Source: Candidatus Thorarchaeota archaeon | GTDB taxonomy: Archaea; Asgardarchaeota; Thorarchaeia; Thorarchaeales; Thorarchaeaceae | Direction of reading: 5' to 3' | Assembly: GCA_046758445.1 (NCBI GenBank) | Contig: JBHIAE010000005.1 | Span: 1-64,000 of the forward strand | Length of the DNA stretch: 64,000 bases | Part shown: in pieces, positions 1-10,919 of the stretch | How the letters are laid out: each line of letters starts with the position of its first letter | How positions within the stretch are numbered: position 1 is the first letter of the stretch | Notes under the pieces: model-generated | The model's database searches: none | Seen by the model: the letters and a program-made list of their open reading frames with translations, nothing else | What the model was told of the DNA's origin: nothing | Made by a program: the position numbers and the translations under genes

Positions 1-2
1 CT

Positions 3-242
3 CTTGGATGTGCAGGGATTAACGCCTTCAAGTACAACAGAGGGAAGAAGGATCTCTATGGCAGGACATTGAGGCGCTCTACTGTATGCCAGATTGATGA
101 GCTTGCAGCTGCTGCCGAACCAATCATGGGGCAGGCTGACGAAGCAATTCCAGTAGTCATAGTGCGCGGATATGCGATTGGGGAGGGCACAGATGTCGGC
201 AAGGATGTTCAGAGGACGGAGGATGAAGATATATTCCGATGA
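3..242 (+). CDS. cofE: Coenzyme F420-0:L-glutamate ligase, C-terminal part (5'-truncated by window edge)
   Basis: Hand translation from nt 3: LGCAGINAFKYNRGKKDLYGRTLRRSTVCQIDELAAAAEPIMGQADEAIPVVIVRG...EDIFR*; DLYGR and DELAAAA-GQADE motifs of CofE. Confidence 0.85.
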   Translation, partial: LGCAGINAFKYNRGKKDLYGRTLRRSTVCQIDELAAAAEPIMGQADEAIPVVIVRGYAIGEGTDVGKDVQRTEDEDIFR

Positions 243-301
243 CCTTCACTTCTATCTTCTATGTCCGCTACCGCCTCTGGGTCCACTAGTGTGTTAAGGT
301 T

Positions 302-1012
302 CTAGCGCACAGGATGGCCGCAGCGACCGCAGAACTTATCTCCCGCGTCCAGTGTTGCTCCACAATTCGAACAGTATGAATCTCCACTCGGAGCGGCACC
401 TGTGCCACCTTCTAGAGTACCTCCGCAATTCGGGCATTTCGCAGCATTACCTGCGTTTGTGCCGCAGTAGGGACACTTGCCCTCGTTCTGAGCAGCTGAA
501 ACGTTCGCCATTATGGAAGGAATGACTCTCTTCTGCTTGAATCTGAATCGCATGTCCCCGCCAGACTTCAGCGATACGATTAGACTATTCCCGCTCTGTG
601 CAACCTGGCTTATGGCTAGTAGTGGAATCGCCAGACTCTCAGTGTTCCCATTGGCGTCTTTGTTGTAGAACGAGTCCGAACTCCAGGATGTGATCGCCGC
701 CCCGATGGCTGCAAAGCCTAGGCCACGTCCAATGCCCCGAACTGCTCGCCCACCAACTCCGCCCATCTCACGCCCAATTCCTTCAAGAATCGCCGCTCCT
801 GCGACGGCGCCGGCAAGCGCTCCGAACTTCTTGGCAGCACCCCATCTCGACGGCTTCTTAATCCACACTAATCTGATGTCCGTGAGTTCGATTGAACCAT
901 CCTCATTGTCGAACTTCACGTCCTTCTCACGGACCATCTTCCTCTCATGGCTCATGGTCGTGAGTCCTGAGCCCGAGTAGGTGACGTTTAGAAACTGTGG
1001 TCGTTCACCCAT
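302..1012 (-). CDS. PH/GRAM-like protein with Gly/Ala-rich insertion and C-terminal zinc ribbons
   Basis: Start moved to ATG 1012 (GAGGG upstream; the longer ORF overlaps hbd). GSIELTDIRLVW and LAIPLLAISQV PH-like strands; CPYC/CPNC and CSNC/CGRC ribbons. Confidence 0.7.
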   Translation of the reverse strand: MGERPQFLNVTYSGSGLTTMSHERKMVREKDVKFDNEDGSIELTDIRLVWIKKPSRWGAAKKFGALAGAVAGAAILEGIGREMGGVGGRAVRGIGRGLGFAAIGAAITSWSSDSFYNKDANGNTESLAIPLLAISQVAQSGNSLIVSLKSGGDMRFRFKQKRVIPSIMANVSAAQNEGKCPYCGTNAGNAAKCPNCGGTLEGGTGAAPSGDSYCSNCGATLDAGDKFCGRCGHPVR

Positions 1013-1217
1013 GACTATCCCTCTGACGTGTAAACGTGATGCTTGATAGCTCTTTACGCAATGTTGGAATCTGTCAGTATTAAGTTTGTTACCGCGTATC
1101 TCCAACGTCTGCAGAAGGACTGAGATCGGGTTTCCTTTCCCCCTCGGACAGTCAAACATATTACTGACCACAACGCGAACGAGAAGCATCGAATCCAAAC
1201 AAGAGAGGACGGAAATA

Positions 1218-2099
1218 ATGGAAATCAAGAAGGTAGCAGTCCTAGGTGCGGGTCTCATGGGGAATGGAATCGCCCATGTCTGTGCCCAGGCAGGTTATGA
1301 GGTAAAGATGCGGGACATCGACCAGAAGTTCATTGACAAGGGAATGGCCACCATCAAGAAGAATCTTGAGCGGGGTCTGAAGAAGGGCAGGATAACTCAG
1401 GAACAGATCGATGCAGTTCTCGGCAGAATCAAAGGTGTGCTTGATCTCAAGGAGGCAGTCGAGGATGCCGACCTCGTCATCGAGGCAATTCCAGAGATTG
1501 TGCAGCTTAAGCTCGACGTCTGGAAAGAGGTCGACGCACTTGCACCAAAACATGCAATTCTGGCTTCCAACACGTCGAGTATCAGTATCACTCAAATGGC
1601 TGCTGTGACAAAGAGGCCCAATCTGTTCATTGGTATGCATTTCTTCAACCCTGTACCTGTGATGCGTCTTGTCGAGATCATCAAGGGTCAGGCAACTGAT
1701 GATTCGACTGTGGATGTCATCAAGGAGGTTTCTGCGAAGATTGGCAAGGAAACTGTTTTGGTCAACGAGGCACCTGGTTTCGCAGTCAACAGGCTGTTGG
1801 TTCCAGCTCTCAATGAGGCTGTCTTTGCGATTCAGGAAGGCGTTGCCACTGTTGAGGATATGGACCTTGCCGTCAAGCTAGGTCTGAACTGGCCTATGGG
1901 GCCGTTGACGCTGCTTGACTTCGTCGGTCTCGACACGTCACTGCACATCTCCGACTACTTTGTCGACGAGTTCAAAGACAGCAAGTACAGAGCCCCGGCG
2001 CTCCTCAGGAAGATGGTCAGGGCAGGTTGGTTGGGCAGAAAGACCGGCATGGGCTTTTACGACTATAGTGGCGATGAACCGGTGCCCAATAGGTTCTAG
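1218..2099 (+). CDS. hbd: 3-hydroxyacyl(butyryl)-CoA dehydrogenase
   Basis: GAGLMG Rossmann motif, SNTSS, GMHFFNP, PMGP; ATG 1218 preceded by GAGAGG. Confidence 0.93.
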   Translation: MEIKKVAVLGAGLMGNGIAHVCAQAGYEVKMRDIDQKFIDKGMATIKKNLERGLKKGRITQEQIDAVLGRIKGVLDLKEAVEDADLVIEAIPEIVQLKLDVWKEVDALAPKHAILASNTSSISITQMAAVTKRPNLFIGMHFFNPVPVMRLVEIIKGQATDDSTVDVIKEVSAKIGKETVLVNEAPGFAVNRLLVPALNEAVFAIQEGVATVEDMDLAVKLGLNWPMGPLTLLDFVGLDTSLHISDYFVDEFKDSKYRAPALLRKMVRAGWLGRKTGMGFYDYSGDEPVPNRF

Positions 2100-2193
2100 G
2101 ATCCTGAATGTCTGCGAGTGGCTCTCCCGGGCCACACGTAACTCGTTTTGAGTTGGCGGGAACATTAATACTCAAAGGCCACATGTTTCATGG

Positions 2194-3045
2194 GTGACCG
2201 AGATGAGGTACAAGGAGAGCAAGTACATAGGCTATGACGGAACGCGAATGTTCATGGCAACGTGGATACCTGATGATGAAAGGCCTCGTGCACTACTGAT
2301 TGCCATTCATGGTCTTGGTAGTCACGGTCTTGACCTTGCTGTTCTCGGAGAGTATTTCGCTGAGCGAGGAGTCGCGGTCTTTGCACCCGACATGAGAGGT
2401 TTTGGTCACTTCGAAGGACGAAAAGGACACGTTATGCGGTTTGACGAATACATCGAAGACATTCAGAACATTGTGATGCAGTCCAAGGATCGTTACTTGA
2501 ACACACTGACCTACTTATTCGGTGGCTCACTGGGCGGCCTCAAGGTAATCAGATACGTTGTTGCGTATCCTAACACAGTTGACGGAATCATGCTTCAATG
2601 TCCGGCAGTGGCTCATTCAATAGACATAAACCCGGTCACGAGGCTCTTCGCAAACATCCTCTCGATTCTCAACGTGAAGAGGTACTTCGGCGACTTTACG
2701 GAGTACGAGGATGGCACGAGAAACCCTGACACTATAAAGCGCCATGAAGAAGACCCACTCAGGTTTGAACAAGTCACTCCCAGATTCGGGATGGAGGCAC
2801 TCAAGGCCTCGAAGGAGTCTTTTGAGTTCGGTCCACGCATCACTTTGCCGGTCTTTTATCAGCAGGGGGGAGAGGACAAGTTAGTTCCAGCAGATGAGAG
2901 CCAGAAGTTCTATGAGACTATAGCCTCGTCAGACAAGACATTCAGACTCTACGATGGACTCTACCATGAGCTCATCGAAGAACCGGAGAATGAGCAAGTT
3001 CTGGGTGACATGTACGGCTGGCTGGAGAAACGCCTTCCGTCCTAG
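2194..3045 (+). CDS. Alpha/beta hydrolase, lysophospholipase/monoacylglycerol lipase family
   Basis: HGLGSH, DMRGFG, nucleophile elbow GGSLGG, D in GGEDKLV, H in YHEL. Confidence 0.88.
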   Translation: MTEMRYKESKYIGYDGTRMFMATWIPDDERPRALLIAIHGLGSHGLDLAVLGEYFAERGVAVFAPDMRGFGHFEGRKGHVMRFDEYIEDIQNIVMQSKDRYLNTLTYLFGGSLGGLKVIRYVVAYPNTVDGIMLQCPAVAHSIDINPVTRLFANILSILNVKRYFGDFTEYEDGTRNPDTIKRHEEDPLRFEQVTPRFGMEALKASKESFEFGPRITLPVFYQQGGEDKLVPADESQKFYETIASSDKTFRLYDGLYHELIEEPENEQVLGDMYGWLEKRLPS

Positions 3046-5840
3046 GACTTCTCCCTTCTCCAGTGACCAAAGATGATGTGAGGCGGAATCAGCAGCGCTG
3101 GAATGCACGTTGCAAGGATTATCGCCCAGTCAATTGCATACAGAGGCGTTGTCTGGAAGAGCGGCCACATGAGTGGAAGATAGATTGTGGCCAACGTGAG
3201 GAGAACGGACAGAAACACTGCGCCAATTAGTGTCCTTGAGTTTCTTATGTGTGTCTTCCACACCGGCCTGTACTCATCTCTACAGTTCCACACAAACATG
3301 AGTTCGAAGGTCACAACGCTCGCAAAGACTGCGGTCCTAGCGTGCCGGAGAGCTCCTACCCATGGTTCACTCGCCCAGTCCACTGGCGGACCTGTGAAAC
3401 CTGGGATCCATCCGCCATATGCTGCGAGAGACCAGAAGAAGACTATGGCAGCTGAAAGAAATGCTACAAACCCGGCTATTATGACGAACAGGATCATACC
3501 TCTGTTCATCATCTTCTCTCCTGGTCTTCTCGGTGGCCTATCCATCACTCCTTCCTCAGGAGGATCCACACCAAGCGCCAATGCGGGAAATCCATCTGTT
3601 GCCAAGTTGAGCCAAAGTATCTGAATTGGGGTTATTGGCAGTGGGAAACCTAACATGATTATTGTGAAGATCAGAAAGATCTCATCAAAGTTGGCAGCAA
3701 GCAAGAATCTCACAAACTTGCGAATGTTGGCGTATATCTCTCGGCCCTTCTCGACCGCTGTCACAATCGTGGCAAAGTTATCGTCAGTCAGAATGACGTC
3801 TGAGGCCTCCTTTGTCACATCTGCACCACGCACACCCATGGAAACTCCTACATCCGCCGTCTTCACTGCCGGGGCATCGTTCACTCCATCCCCAGTCATA
3901 GCGACGACCTGATTCTGTGACTTGAGAGCGTTCACAATCTTCAGTTTGTGATGAGGAGCCACTCTGGCGTAGACGTCGACGTTAGGAACCAGCTCTCGGA
4001 GTTCATCATCTGACATATTGTCTATTTGAGCTCCTTTGAGGACCTTGTCATCACTCGAGATGAGGCCCACGTCGATCGCAATAGCTCTAGCAGTTAGAAC
4101 GTGGTCCCCGGTGATCATTATTGGTCGAATGCCTGCATTCATGGAGGTTTGAATCGCGCCTCGAACTTCATCCCTGGGTGGATCTATCATTCCAATCAGA
4201 CCCACAAAGATCAGGTTTCTCTCTACTTTCTCAGGTTCCCAGTCCTGTAGCTCTTCTTCAAGAGGCCTGTATGCAAATGCAAGAACGCGTAGAGCCTTCT
4301 CGGCGAACCCAGCACTGGTTCGAAGGACTTCTTGTCGAATCTCCTGTGTTAGGGGCGATACTCCGCCATTCGTGAACATTCTACTGCACAGAGGAAGGAG
4401 TATCTCGGGAGCACCTTTAGAGAACGCCCACAGAGAACCGTCTTCGTTCCGCCTAACTGTTGTCATGCGTTTTCTGGCCGAATCGAATGAGATCTCCGTA
4501 ACCTCAGTGTACCTCGATGATGTAGCATCAAATGTTATACCAGCCTTCTCGGCTGCGACCAGCAATGCGCCCTCTGTGGGGTCTCCAATCACGATCCAAT
4601 CGGCTCGCCCGGATGTGTCGGGCTGAAGCAGGGAGTTAGTACACAGTTGTCCAATCTCAAGAAGTCTTACAACATGAGGATCAGACTTGACATCATACTC
4701 TGTGTCCGAGAGACAGAATTCGCCCTCTCTGTTGTACCCGACACCTGTTACATCGACCTCCATTCCATTGACGAAGAGGACTTTCACAGTCATCTCGTTC
4801 TTGGTGATTGTGCCAGTCTTGTCCGATGCAATCACTGTTGTTGAACCAAGGGTTTCAACTGACGGTAGGCGTCTTACAATGGCGTTCTTCTGCACCATCA
4901 TCTGAACACCTATTGCTAGTGTAATTGTGACTACGGCTGGAAGGCCCTCTGGTATCGCTGACACGGCCAGCGCAATGGCCGCCAGAAGTGCTTCAACTGG
5001 ACTTGCCATGGCACCTTTGAGAATCTCAGCCAGAAAGACGATGATACAGAGTGCGATGACTAGAACTCCAAGCTTCTTCCCAAGGTCCGCTAGGTCTCTT
5101 TGGAGCGGAGTCATGTCCTTCTGGCTTTCCTGGACTAACTCTGCTATCTTCCCGAATCTTGTACTCATACCTGTGGCTGTGGCAACTGCCTGCCCCTTCC
5201 CTGATGCGATTGTCGTTCCCTGAAAGACCATGTTCTTCATATCGCCAACAGACGGGCTGGCCAAGTATATCGGATGCACAAGCTTCCTGACTGAAACTGA
5301 TTCCCCTGTAAGTATGGCTTCATCTACCGATAGGCCGACTGCGTATGAAACCCGACCATCCACTGGTATCCTATCACCGGCCTCGAAACCGAGAATGTCC
5401 CCAGGAACAACATATCGTGAGTCAATCTCCCTCCAAAGCCCACTCCGCCTTACCCTTGCTCTGGGTGCGGCCATCTCCTTTAGGGTCTCTAGGGCTTTCT
5501 CAGACCTATACTCTTGAATGAAACCAAAGACAGCATTGAAGATCACAATGGCTGAAATCACAGCAGCATCCACGAAACCGTGGTCACCACCGTTCTCGGT
5601 TGAGAATACTGCAGTTATGACTGAAATCCCTATAGCAACTAGAAGAATGATGACCATTGGGTCGGTGAACTGTCTCAGAAACATCACTATGGGGCTGATT
5701 CTCCCCGTTTCTATCAATTCATTATACCCATATGCTTGGATGCGGACCTCAGCCTCATCCTCTGTCAGACCCTCTTCAGACGTCCTAAGCTCACGAAATA
5801 CATGCTCTAAGTCATTGCTATACCATTGAGCTTCAACCAT
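3042..5840 (-). CDS. Cation-transporting P-type ATPase (P2A, Ca2+-type)
   Basis: TGES, PEGL, DKTGT phosphorylation site, KGAPE, GDGVND, QILWLNLATD. Confidence 0.95.
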   Translation of the reverse strand: MVEAQWYSNDLEHVFRELRTSEEGLTEDEAEVRIQAYGYNELIETGRISPIVMFLRQFTDPMVIILLVAIGISVITAVFSTENGGDHGFVDAAVISAIVIFNAVFGFIQEYRSEKALETLKEMAAPRARVRRSGLWREIDSRYVVPGDILGFEAGDRIPVDGRVSYAVGLSVDEAILTGESVSVRKLVHPIYLASPSVGDMKNMVFQGTTIASGKGQAVATATGMSTRFGKIAELVQESQKDMTPLQRDLADLGKKLGVLVIALCIIVFLAEILKGAMASPVEALLAAIALAVSAIPEGLPAVVTITLAIGVQMMVQKNAIVRRLPSVETLGSTTVIASDKTGTITKNEMTVKVLFVNGMEVDVTGVGYNREGEFCLSDTEYDVKSDPHVVRLLEIGQLCTNSLLQPDTSGRADWIVIGDPTEGALLVAAEKAGITFDATSSRYTEVTEISFDSARKRMTTVRRNEDGSLWAFSKGAPEILLPLCSRMFTNGGVSPLTQEIRQEVLRTSAGFAEKALRVLAFAYRPLEEELQDWEPEKVERNLIFVGLIGMIDPPRDEVRGAIQTSMNAGIRPIMITGDHVLTARAIAIDVGLISSDDKVLKGAQIDNMSDDELRELVPNVDVYARVAPHHKLKIVNALKSQNQVVAMTGDGVNDAPAVKTADVGVSMGVRGADVTKEASDVILTDDNFATIVTAVEKGREIYANIRKFVRFLLAANFDEIFLIFTIIMLGFPLPITPIQILWLNLATDGFPALALGVDPPEEGVMDRPPRRPGEKMMNRGMILFVIIAGFVAFLSAAIVFFWSLAAYGGWIPGFTGPPVDWASEPWVGALRHARTAVFASVVTFELMFVWNCRDEYRPVWKTHIRNSRTLIGAVFLSVLLTLATIYLPLMWPLFQTTPLYAIDWAIILATCIPALLIPPHIIFGHWRREKS

Positions 5841-6016
5841 TTTGTGGACTCCAAACGAAAACCAGAGTTCAGGTTATCCCAGATTCTGACTTGCGCCACA
5901 TGATGTTTGGAGAAATACCTTTCGGCATTGACCAAGCATTGTTCAAGTATCGGTTTCGAAAACGTTAAGAGATTGACGATTCCAGCACCAGTCGAAGTCG
6001 GGGTCGGTGAAAAGCC

Positions 6017-6622
6017 GTGGCTGAAGACAAAGAGAAATCGAAGTACAGTTTCAAGTGTCTTGAGCAGAAGTGTACAACTCGGGAGTGCCACATAAGACCG
6101 AACGTCAACGTCACTCTTGGAGACCTAAGCAGGTGGACTGCGCAAGGATACATTGGTCATATCGTTGCTGGCTTGACTATCGTTCCACCAGAGTCTGAGA
6201 ATGATCTAATGATGCTCGAAACTCTACGAAAGCCCCTTAAAGATGAATCCGAGATAACGGCCTGTGTGTTCTTCGACGAAGAGGCCAACGGCTGCACAAT
6301 CAGATATTCAAGACCCATCTCATGCAGAACCTTCCCTCTGGAGTATGATGGATCCAAGTTCTATCTGAGCAACAAGAACTGCCCGGGAGTAGGTGAGGGA
6401 GAGGTTTCTAAGGAGGCCCTGAAAGAGTCGAGGGACTTGGCAGAACAGGAGTTCAGAGAGCGAATGGAGACTATGTCTGCTCTTCCTGTTGTCTACACTC
6501 TCGTCATGGCTCCAATGGTCAGGCAGTCGGCCGAGGCAATGGAGCGTCTTTCCGAAGAAGATAGAAAGAAGATGGATGAGATATTGGAAAAGTCCCGTGA
6601 TGAACCTGAGGCTAAGAAATAG
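6017..6622 (+). CDS. YkgJ-like cysteine-cluster (Zn/Fe-chelating) protein
   Basis: FKC..KC...EC, CVFF, CTIRYSRPISCRTFP, CPG pattern. Confidence 0.75.
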   Translation: MAEDKEKSKYSFKCLEQKCTTRECHIRPNVNVTLGDLSRWTAQGYIGHIVAGLTIVPPESENDLMMLETLRKPLKDESEITACVFFDEEANGCTIRYSRPISCRTFPLEYDGSKFYLSNKNCPGVGEGEVSKEALKESRDLAEQEFRERMETMSALPVVYTLVMAPMVRQSAEAMERLSEEDRKKMDEILEKSRDEPEAKK

Positions 6623-6629
6623 CTGAATA

Positions 6630-7739
6630 CTAGGTATCTATCACGATGAGTTCCCTGGGTGTATAGGTGAGAACCTCCGCGGCATCTTCTCTTACACAGA
6701 CCAAGTTCTCGATCCGGATACCGAACTTGGTTTCAAGGTATATTCCGGGCTCCACACTATGAGTCATACCAGATTGGAGTTCCATTGCATTGCCTCGAAC
6801 AAGGTACGGGGGCTCGTGGACCTGGATCCCGATACCATGCCCGAGTCTATGAGTAAAGAATTCTCCGTATCCCGCCTCCTCGATAATCCTTCTGGCTACC
6901 CCATCTACGGTCCCACAGGGCGACCCCGGCCTGATCTGTTCTATGGCAGTCTGTTGTGCCTCGAGCACGACTGAGTGAATCCTCCTCTGCTCTTCAGAAG
7001 GAGGGCCTGCAACTCCAACTCTTGTCATGTCAGTATGATATCCACCCACGACGCATCCACAGTCAAGGAGAACGATATCACCTCTCTTCAACTTCCTCGC
7101 ACTGGGTGAAGCGTGAGGTAGTGCACTGTTTTCTCCGAACTGAACGGCCGCGAAGGTGGACTGGGACTCTTGGCGAGCTATCTCAGCATGTACAATCTGC
7201 TGCATTTCTAGCTCGGACATTCCCAATCTGACCTCGCTGTAGGCCTTCCTCACTGCAACATCCACAATTTCCCCTGCCTTCTTCATGAATCCAATCTCTT
7301 CCTCTCCCTTGAGTAAGCGCATCTGTTCGATGATAGGAGTAAGAGACGTCATCTTCTTGAACCCTCCAACTGCCTTCTCTACTTTCCAATAGACTCCTAA
7401 AGGCAGATGCTCATCGAACGCAAAGGAGAAACCATCGCTGGACTCCCCTGCTAGCTCAGCTATCGCGCCATATGGGTTCTCATCCTCAGCCCAAGGAACA
7501 AACTCCTCTACCCAAGTGTTTTCAGAGAGGCTGGAAACTTCGAATTCTGGGGCTATAATCTTGGGACTCTCATCGGGTTCAATCAGTAGAGCAATTATGC
7601 GTTCCATCATCCCTCGCCGAATTCCGGTTAGATACTGGAATGCCGGAGAGGGAGTAAGTAGAGCAAGATCTACTTTCTGCTGCCCCAAGAAATCGACAAC
7701 TTGCTTCATTCGTTTTCGATATGTATTGTCAGCAAGCAT
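6630..7739 (-). CDS. Xaa-Pro dipeptidase/aminopeptidase (M24 family)
   Basis: PH, DCG, DMTR, HRLGHGIG, HEPP, EPGIY, GIRIE metal-site motifs; start taken at ATG 7739. Confidence 0.9.
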   Translation of the reverse strand: MLADNTYRKRMKQVVDFLGQQKVDLALLTPSPAFQYLTGIRRGMMERIIALLIEPDESPKIIAPEFEVSSLSENTWVEEFVPWAEDENPYGAIAELAGESSDGFSFAFDEHLPLGVYWKVEKAVGGFKKMTSLTPIIEQMRLLKGEEEIGFMKKAGEIVDVAVRKAYSEVRLGMSELEMQQIVHAEIARQESQSTFAAVQFGENSALPHASPSARKLKRGDIVLLDCGCVVGGYHTDMTRVGVAGPPSEEQRRIHSVVLEAQQTAIEQIRPGSPCGTVDGVARRIIEEAGYGEFFTHRLGHGIGIQVHEPPYLVRGNAMELQSGMTHSVEPGIYLETKFGIRIENLVCVREDAAEVLTYTPRELIVIDT

Positions 7740-7875
7740 GGTTGAGCTCTCACAACCACGCCACCAGAAAGAGCACGGTATTAACAATGACGGTCTTTGC
7801 TCAAACTGCAGAAAGTCAATATCGTAAGAACTAGAGTTAAATTGTGGTCGCTAGGCAGCATGTCACCATAGGTGG

Positions 7876-9231
7876 ATGAAGATGAGTGATTCGGTGCAAG
7901 AAGCCGAGCAGATGCAAAAGCTTCCATCAAAGGTCTACGCCGTAGGGGCGTTGACTCAGTTTGCTATGGGACTGCACCAACCCTTTCTCCAAGCCTATAT
8001 GATTGACATGGGTGCAAGTTATGCGGAACTTGGTGCCTTTCGAAGTGTAGGGAATGCGGCGCCTTCAGTACTCCAACCCGCGTGGGGGGCATGGTCTGAC
8101 AAGATCGGTCACACGAAGAGCTTCGTGGTCTTTGGAACGCTAACTGGATTGACAATGGTCTTCCTCTTCTTGTGGGCGGCAACTCCAATCGAGATGATTC
8201 TGCTCTATGCTATACAGTCAGTGCTGTTCAGCATTCAGATTCCCACTTGGCAGTCGTTGTTGGGTGGGCTCATGGACGAGGAGAACCGGGGTACCGAGCT
8301 TGGAAGGCTTGGAGTCGCGACAAATGTTGCTTCTCTGGTTGCAACTCTTGCATCAGGGTTCATAGCGGGCTTTCCAGCTTTGATTCCTGCACTAAGATCC
8401 GTCCTCGGCGATTTCGGTCCGATTCTCCTGCCTACCGTTGAAGCTTGGAGGGAGATGTACTACCTGCCATTCTACTTCACTGCTCTCTTCGGGGTCGTTA
8501 CCTCTTTGCTCTCACTTACCATCAGAGAAGGAGCTAGAGATCCAACGAAGAAGAGAGAGTTCCCTCCGGTCCTGACACTTCTATCGCGAGCAGGTGACTT
8601 CAGACGGTTCGCTCTCATATCGGTCTTCTTCTCATTCGCAATGTCAATGGCTTGGCCTTACTTCATAGTAATTCAAAAGGACTGGCTCAACTTCACCAAC
8701 CTAGAGATTGCGATCGCCTCAGCTGCCATGAGTGTTACAATAATCCTCTTCACAGTTCCAATGGGGAATCTTAGCGACCGAGTCGGTCGAAAGCCGCTGA
8801 TAATCGTAGGAAGAGGCTCTCTCTTCATTGTTCCACTTATGTATGCCTTTGCAACTCACGCCTACGTGATATACGTGGCCAACGCTCTAGCTGGATTCTC
8901 TGTGGCAACTAGCTTCAATTCAATCACAGCCTACATCTTTGACGTCGCTCCCGAGGAGGAGAGAGGAGCCCATCTCGCAGTATTCAACACGTTCACGGGC
9001 ATCATCTACTTCTTTGGGTCTCTGACATCAGGACTACTTGGGGATTCACTAGCACTACTGGTCGGAGCGCACTTCGCTGTGTTTTCCATGATGGTGTTGA
9101 GCTCTGTTCTCAGGTTCATTTCGTCGTCACTCTACGTCTTAGTACGTGAACCACGGGAATACTCCTCCAACATGAGGATGGAGTTCAGGAGTCTTATTCA
9201 GCGAAGGAAGATTGACGCTGACATCGACTGA
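7876..9231 (+). CDS. MFS transporter
   Basis: About 12 hydrophobic segments; motif A GAWSDKIG and GNLSDRVGRK. Confidence 0.88.
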   Translation: MKMSDSVQEAEQMQKLPSKVYAVGALTQFAMGLHQPFLQAYMIDMGASYAELGAFRSVGNAAPSVLQPAWGAWSDKIGHTKSFVVFGTLTGLTMVFLFLWAATPIEMILLYAIQSVLFSIQIPTWQSLLGGLMDEENRGTELGRLGVATNVASLVATLASGFIAGFPALIPALRSVLGDFGPILLPTVEAWREMYYLPFYFTALFGVVTSLLSLTIREGARDPTKKREFPPVLTLLSRAGDFRRFALISVFFSFAMSMAWPYFIVIQKDWLNFTNLEIAIASAAMSVTIILFTVPMGNLSDRVGRKPLIIVGRGSLFIVPLMYAFATHAYVIYVANALAGFSVATSFNSITAYIFDVAPEEERGAHLAVFNTFTGIIYFFGSLTSGLLGDSLALLVGAHFAVFSMMVLSSVLRFISSSLYVLVREPREYSSNMRMEFRSLIQRRKIDADID

Positions 9232-9278
9232 GCCAGAATAGGTAATGCTAAAGCGGGAGTGGAATACAATGCTTTCTC

Positions 9279-9848
9279 ATGAAGATAGAAACAGTTCACC
9301 TTGAGGAGGCTTCTACTGAACACACCGAGAGTGTCCTTGCTGTTGTGGAGTCGTTCCTGAAGGAGAACAACGAGATCAAGCATATTGTGGTAGCAACAAC
9401 AACCGGTGCGACAGGTGTCGCGGCGGCCAAGAGATTTCCCAACCATGAGGTTGTGGTCGTTACTCATCACACAGGCTTTTCGCTGCCCAACGAGAACGAA
9501 CTTGATGATGCGAATCGGAAGTCCATTCTTGATGCGGGAGCGAAGTTGCTTACAACTACTCACGCCTTTGCCGGAGTGGCTAGGAGTTTTCGGAAGGAAC
9601 TCGGAACTTGGACTCCTACGGAGCTGATGGCTGTGGCGTTTCGGACATTCGGTCAAGGCACGAAGGTCTGTGCCGAGATTGCTATGATGGCTGCAGACGC
9701 CGGACTAGTAAGAGTAGACAAAGACGTCGTCACTGTAGGAGGAACGGGTTTCGGGGCAGACACAGCATGGTTGGTCACGCCCACGAACACTAGTACCTTC
9801 CCGAAGCTTAGAATGAAGGCCTGTCTGTGCAAGCCTCTCAAATTCTAA
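9279..9848 (+). CDS. Pyruvate kinase alpha/beta-domain-like protein (COG1751/MTH1675-like)
   Basis: [47 protein letters not shown]. Confidence 0.85.
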   Translation: MKIETVHLEEASTEHTESVLAVVESFLKENNEIKHIVVATTTGATGVAAAKRFPNHEVVVVTHHTGFSLPNENELDDANRKSILDAGAKLLTTTHAFAGVARSFRKELGTWTPTELMAVAFRTFGQGTKVCAEIAMMAADAGLVRVDKDVVTVGGTGFGADTAWLVTPTNTSTFPKLRMKACLCKPLKF

Positions 9849-10888
9849 TCAAAGACGGATTCAAACTCCTTAAGGTACTTCTTCTGCTCCCTGCTGAGCT
9901 TCTTGGGGATTTGGATTGCTACTCGAACAAGCTGATCGCCCTTTCGACCATCGTCCGAGTGAACCCCCTTGCCTTTCATGCGAAAAACAGTACCGCCTTC
10001 CGTGCGTTTCCCAATCTTCATCTTACTATGCCCTCGCATTGTTGGGACCTCAATCTCTCCTCCCAAGACAGCAGTTGAGAAGGGTATCTCCATCTCCATG
10101 TATATGTGGAGGCCTCTCCTGACAAACGTTTCGTGAGGTTCCACTGAGAACACAAGAATTAGGTCGCCGTGTGGACCTCCTCTTGCCCCTGCGCTGCCTC
10201 CGCCGCGTATTCTAAAGGCCTGACCGTCCTCCACACCCGGCGGAATAGGAACCTTGGTTTCCTTTCGTTCAGTCTGAAGTCCCTTACCCCTGCAGTCTTT
10301 GCATGGCGTGTCTATCACTTCACCTGACCCGCCGCATGAAGGACAGGTCTGTGAAACTGAAACAAATCCTCCCATCGTCCGCATGACCTGTCCTCGCCCC
10401 CGGCACGTTGGACAGGTTCTTGGAGAGCTGCCAGGGCTTGCACCGAATCCATTGCAGGATTCGCAATACACTTGCCTTTTGAAGGCAATCTCTTTTTCAA
10501 CTCCAAAGAAGGCCTCCTCAAATGAAAGGGGGATGGTCACCCTCAAGGTCTGACCAGGAGGAGGTCCGGCGCGTCCCCTTCTGCCAAAGCCGAAATCACC
10601 GAAACCAGGGAAGCCACGAAATATCTCACTGAAAATGTCGCCAAAACCATCCATGTTGATTCCTTGGAAGTCTGCCGTTCCCCATCTGTCATAGTTGGCT
10701 CTCTTCTCAGCATCGCTAAGAACCTCGTACGCCTCGTTTATCCCTTTCAGAGTTTCCTCAGCCTGTTGGTTTCCAGGATTGCGATCTGGGTGATACTTCT
10801 TGGCAAGTGCACGATAGGCCTTCTTGATCTCCTCTTGTGTGGCATTCCTCCCCACACCGAGCCGCTCATAGTAGTCATCTGATGCCAA
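9845..10888 (-). CDS. dnaJ: Chaperone DnaJ
   Basis: J domain with HPD, G/F region, four CxxCxGxG repeats. Confidence 0.95.
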   Translation of the reverse strand: MASDDYYERLGVGRNATQEEIKKAYRALAKKYHPDRNPGNQQAEETLKGINEAYEVLSDAEKRANYDRWGTADFQGINMDGFGDIFSEIFRGFPGFGDFGFGRRGRAGPPPGQTLRVTIPLSFEEAFFGVEKEIAFKRQVYCESCNGFGASPGSSPRTCPTCRGRGQVMRTMGGFVSVSQTCPSCGGSGEVIDTPCKDCRGKGLQTERKETKVPIPPGVEDGQAFRIRGGGSAGARGGPHGDLILVFSVEPHETFVRRGLHIYMEMEIPFSTAVLGGEIEVPTMRGHSKMKIGKRTEGGTVFRMKGKGVHSDDGRKGDQLVRVAIQIPKKLSREQKKYLKEFESVFD

Positions 10889-10919
10889 ACAGCTTCACCC
10901 AGTGGTATAATGATGTATT

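Noticed and set aside
1013-1258. N-terminal extensions of ORFs 302..1258 and 1086..2099
   Set aside because: They overlap head-to-head across the shared promoter; downstream ATGs with SD-like sequences match family starts
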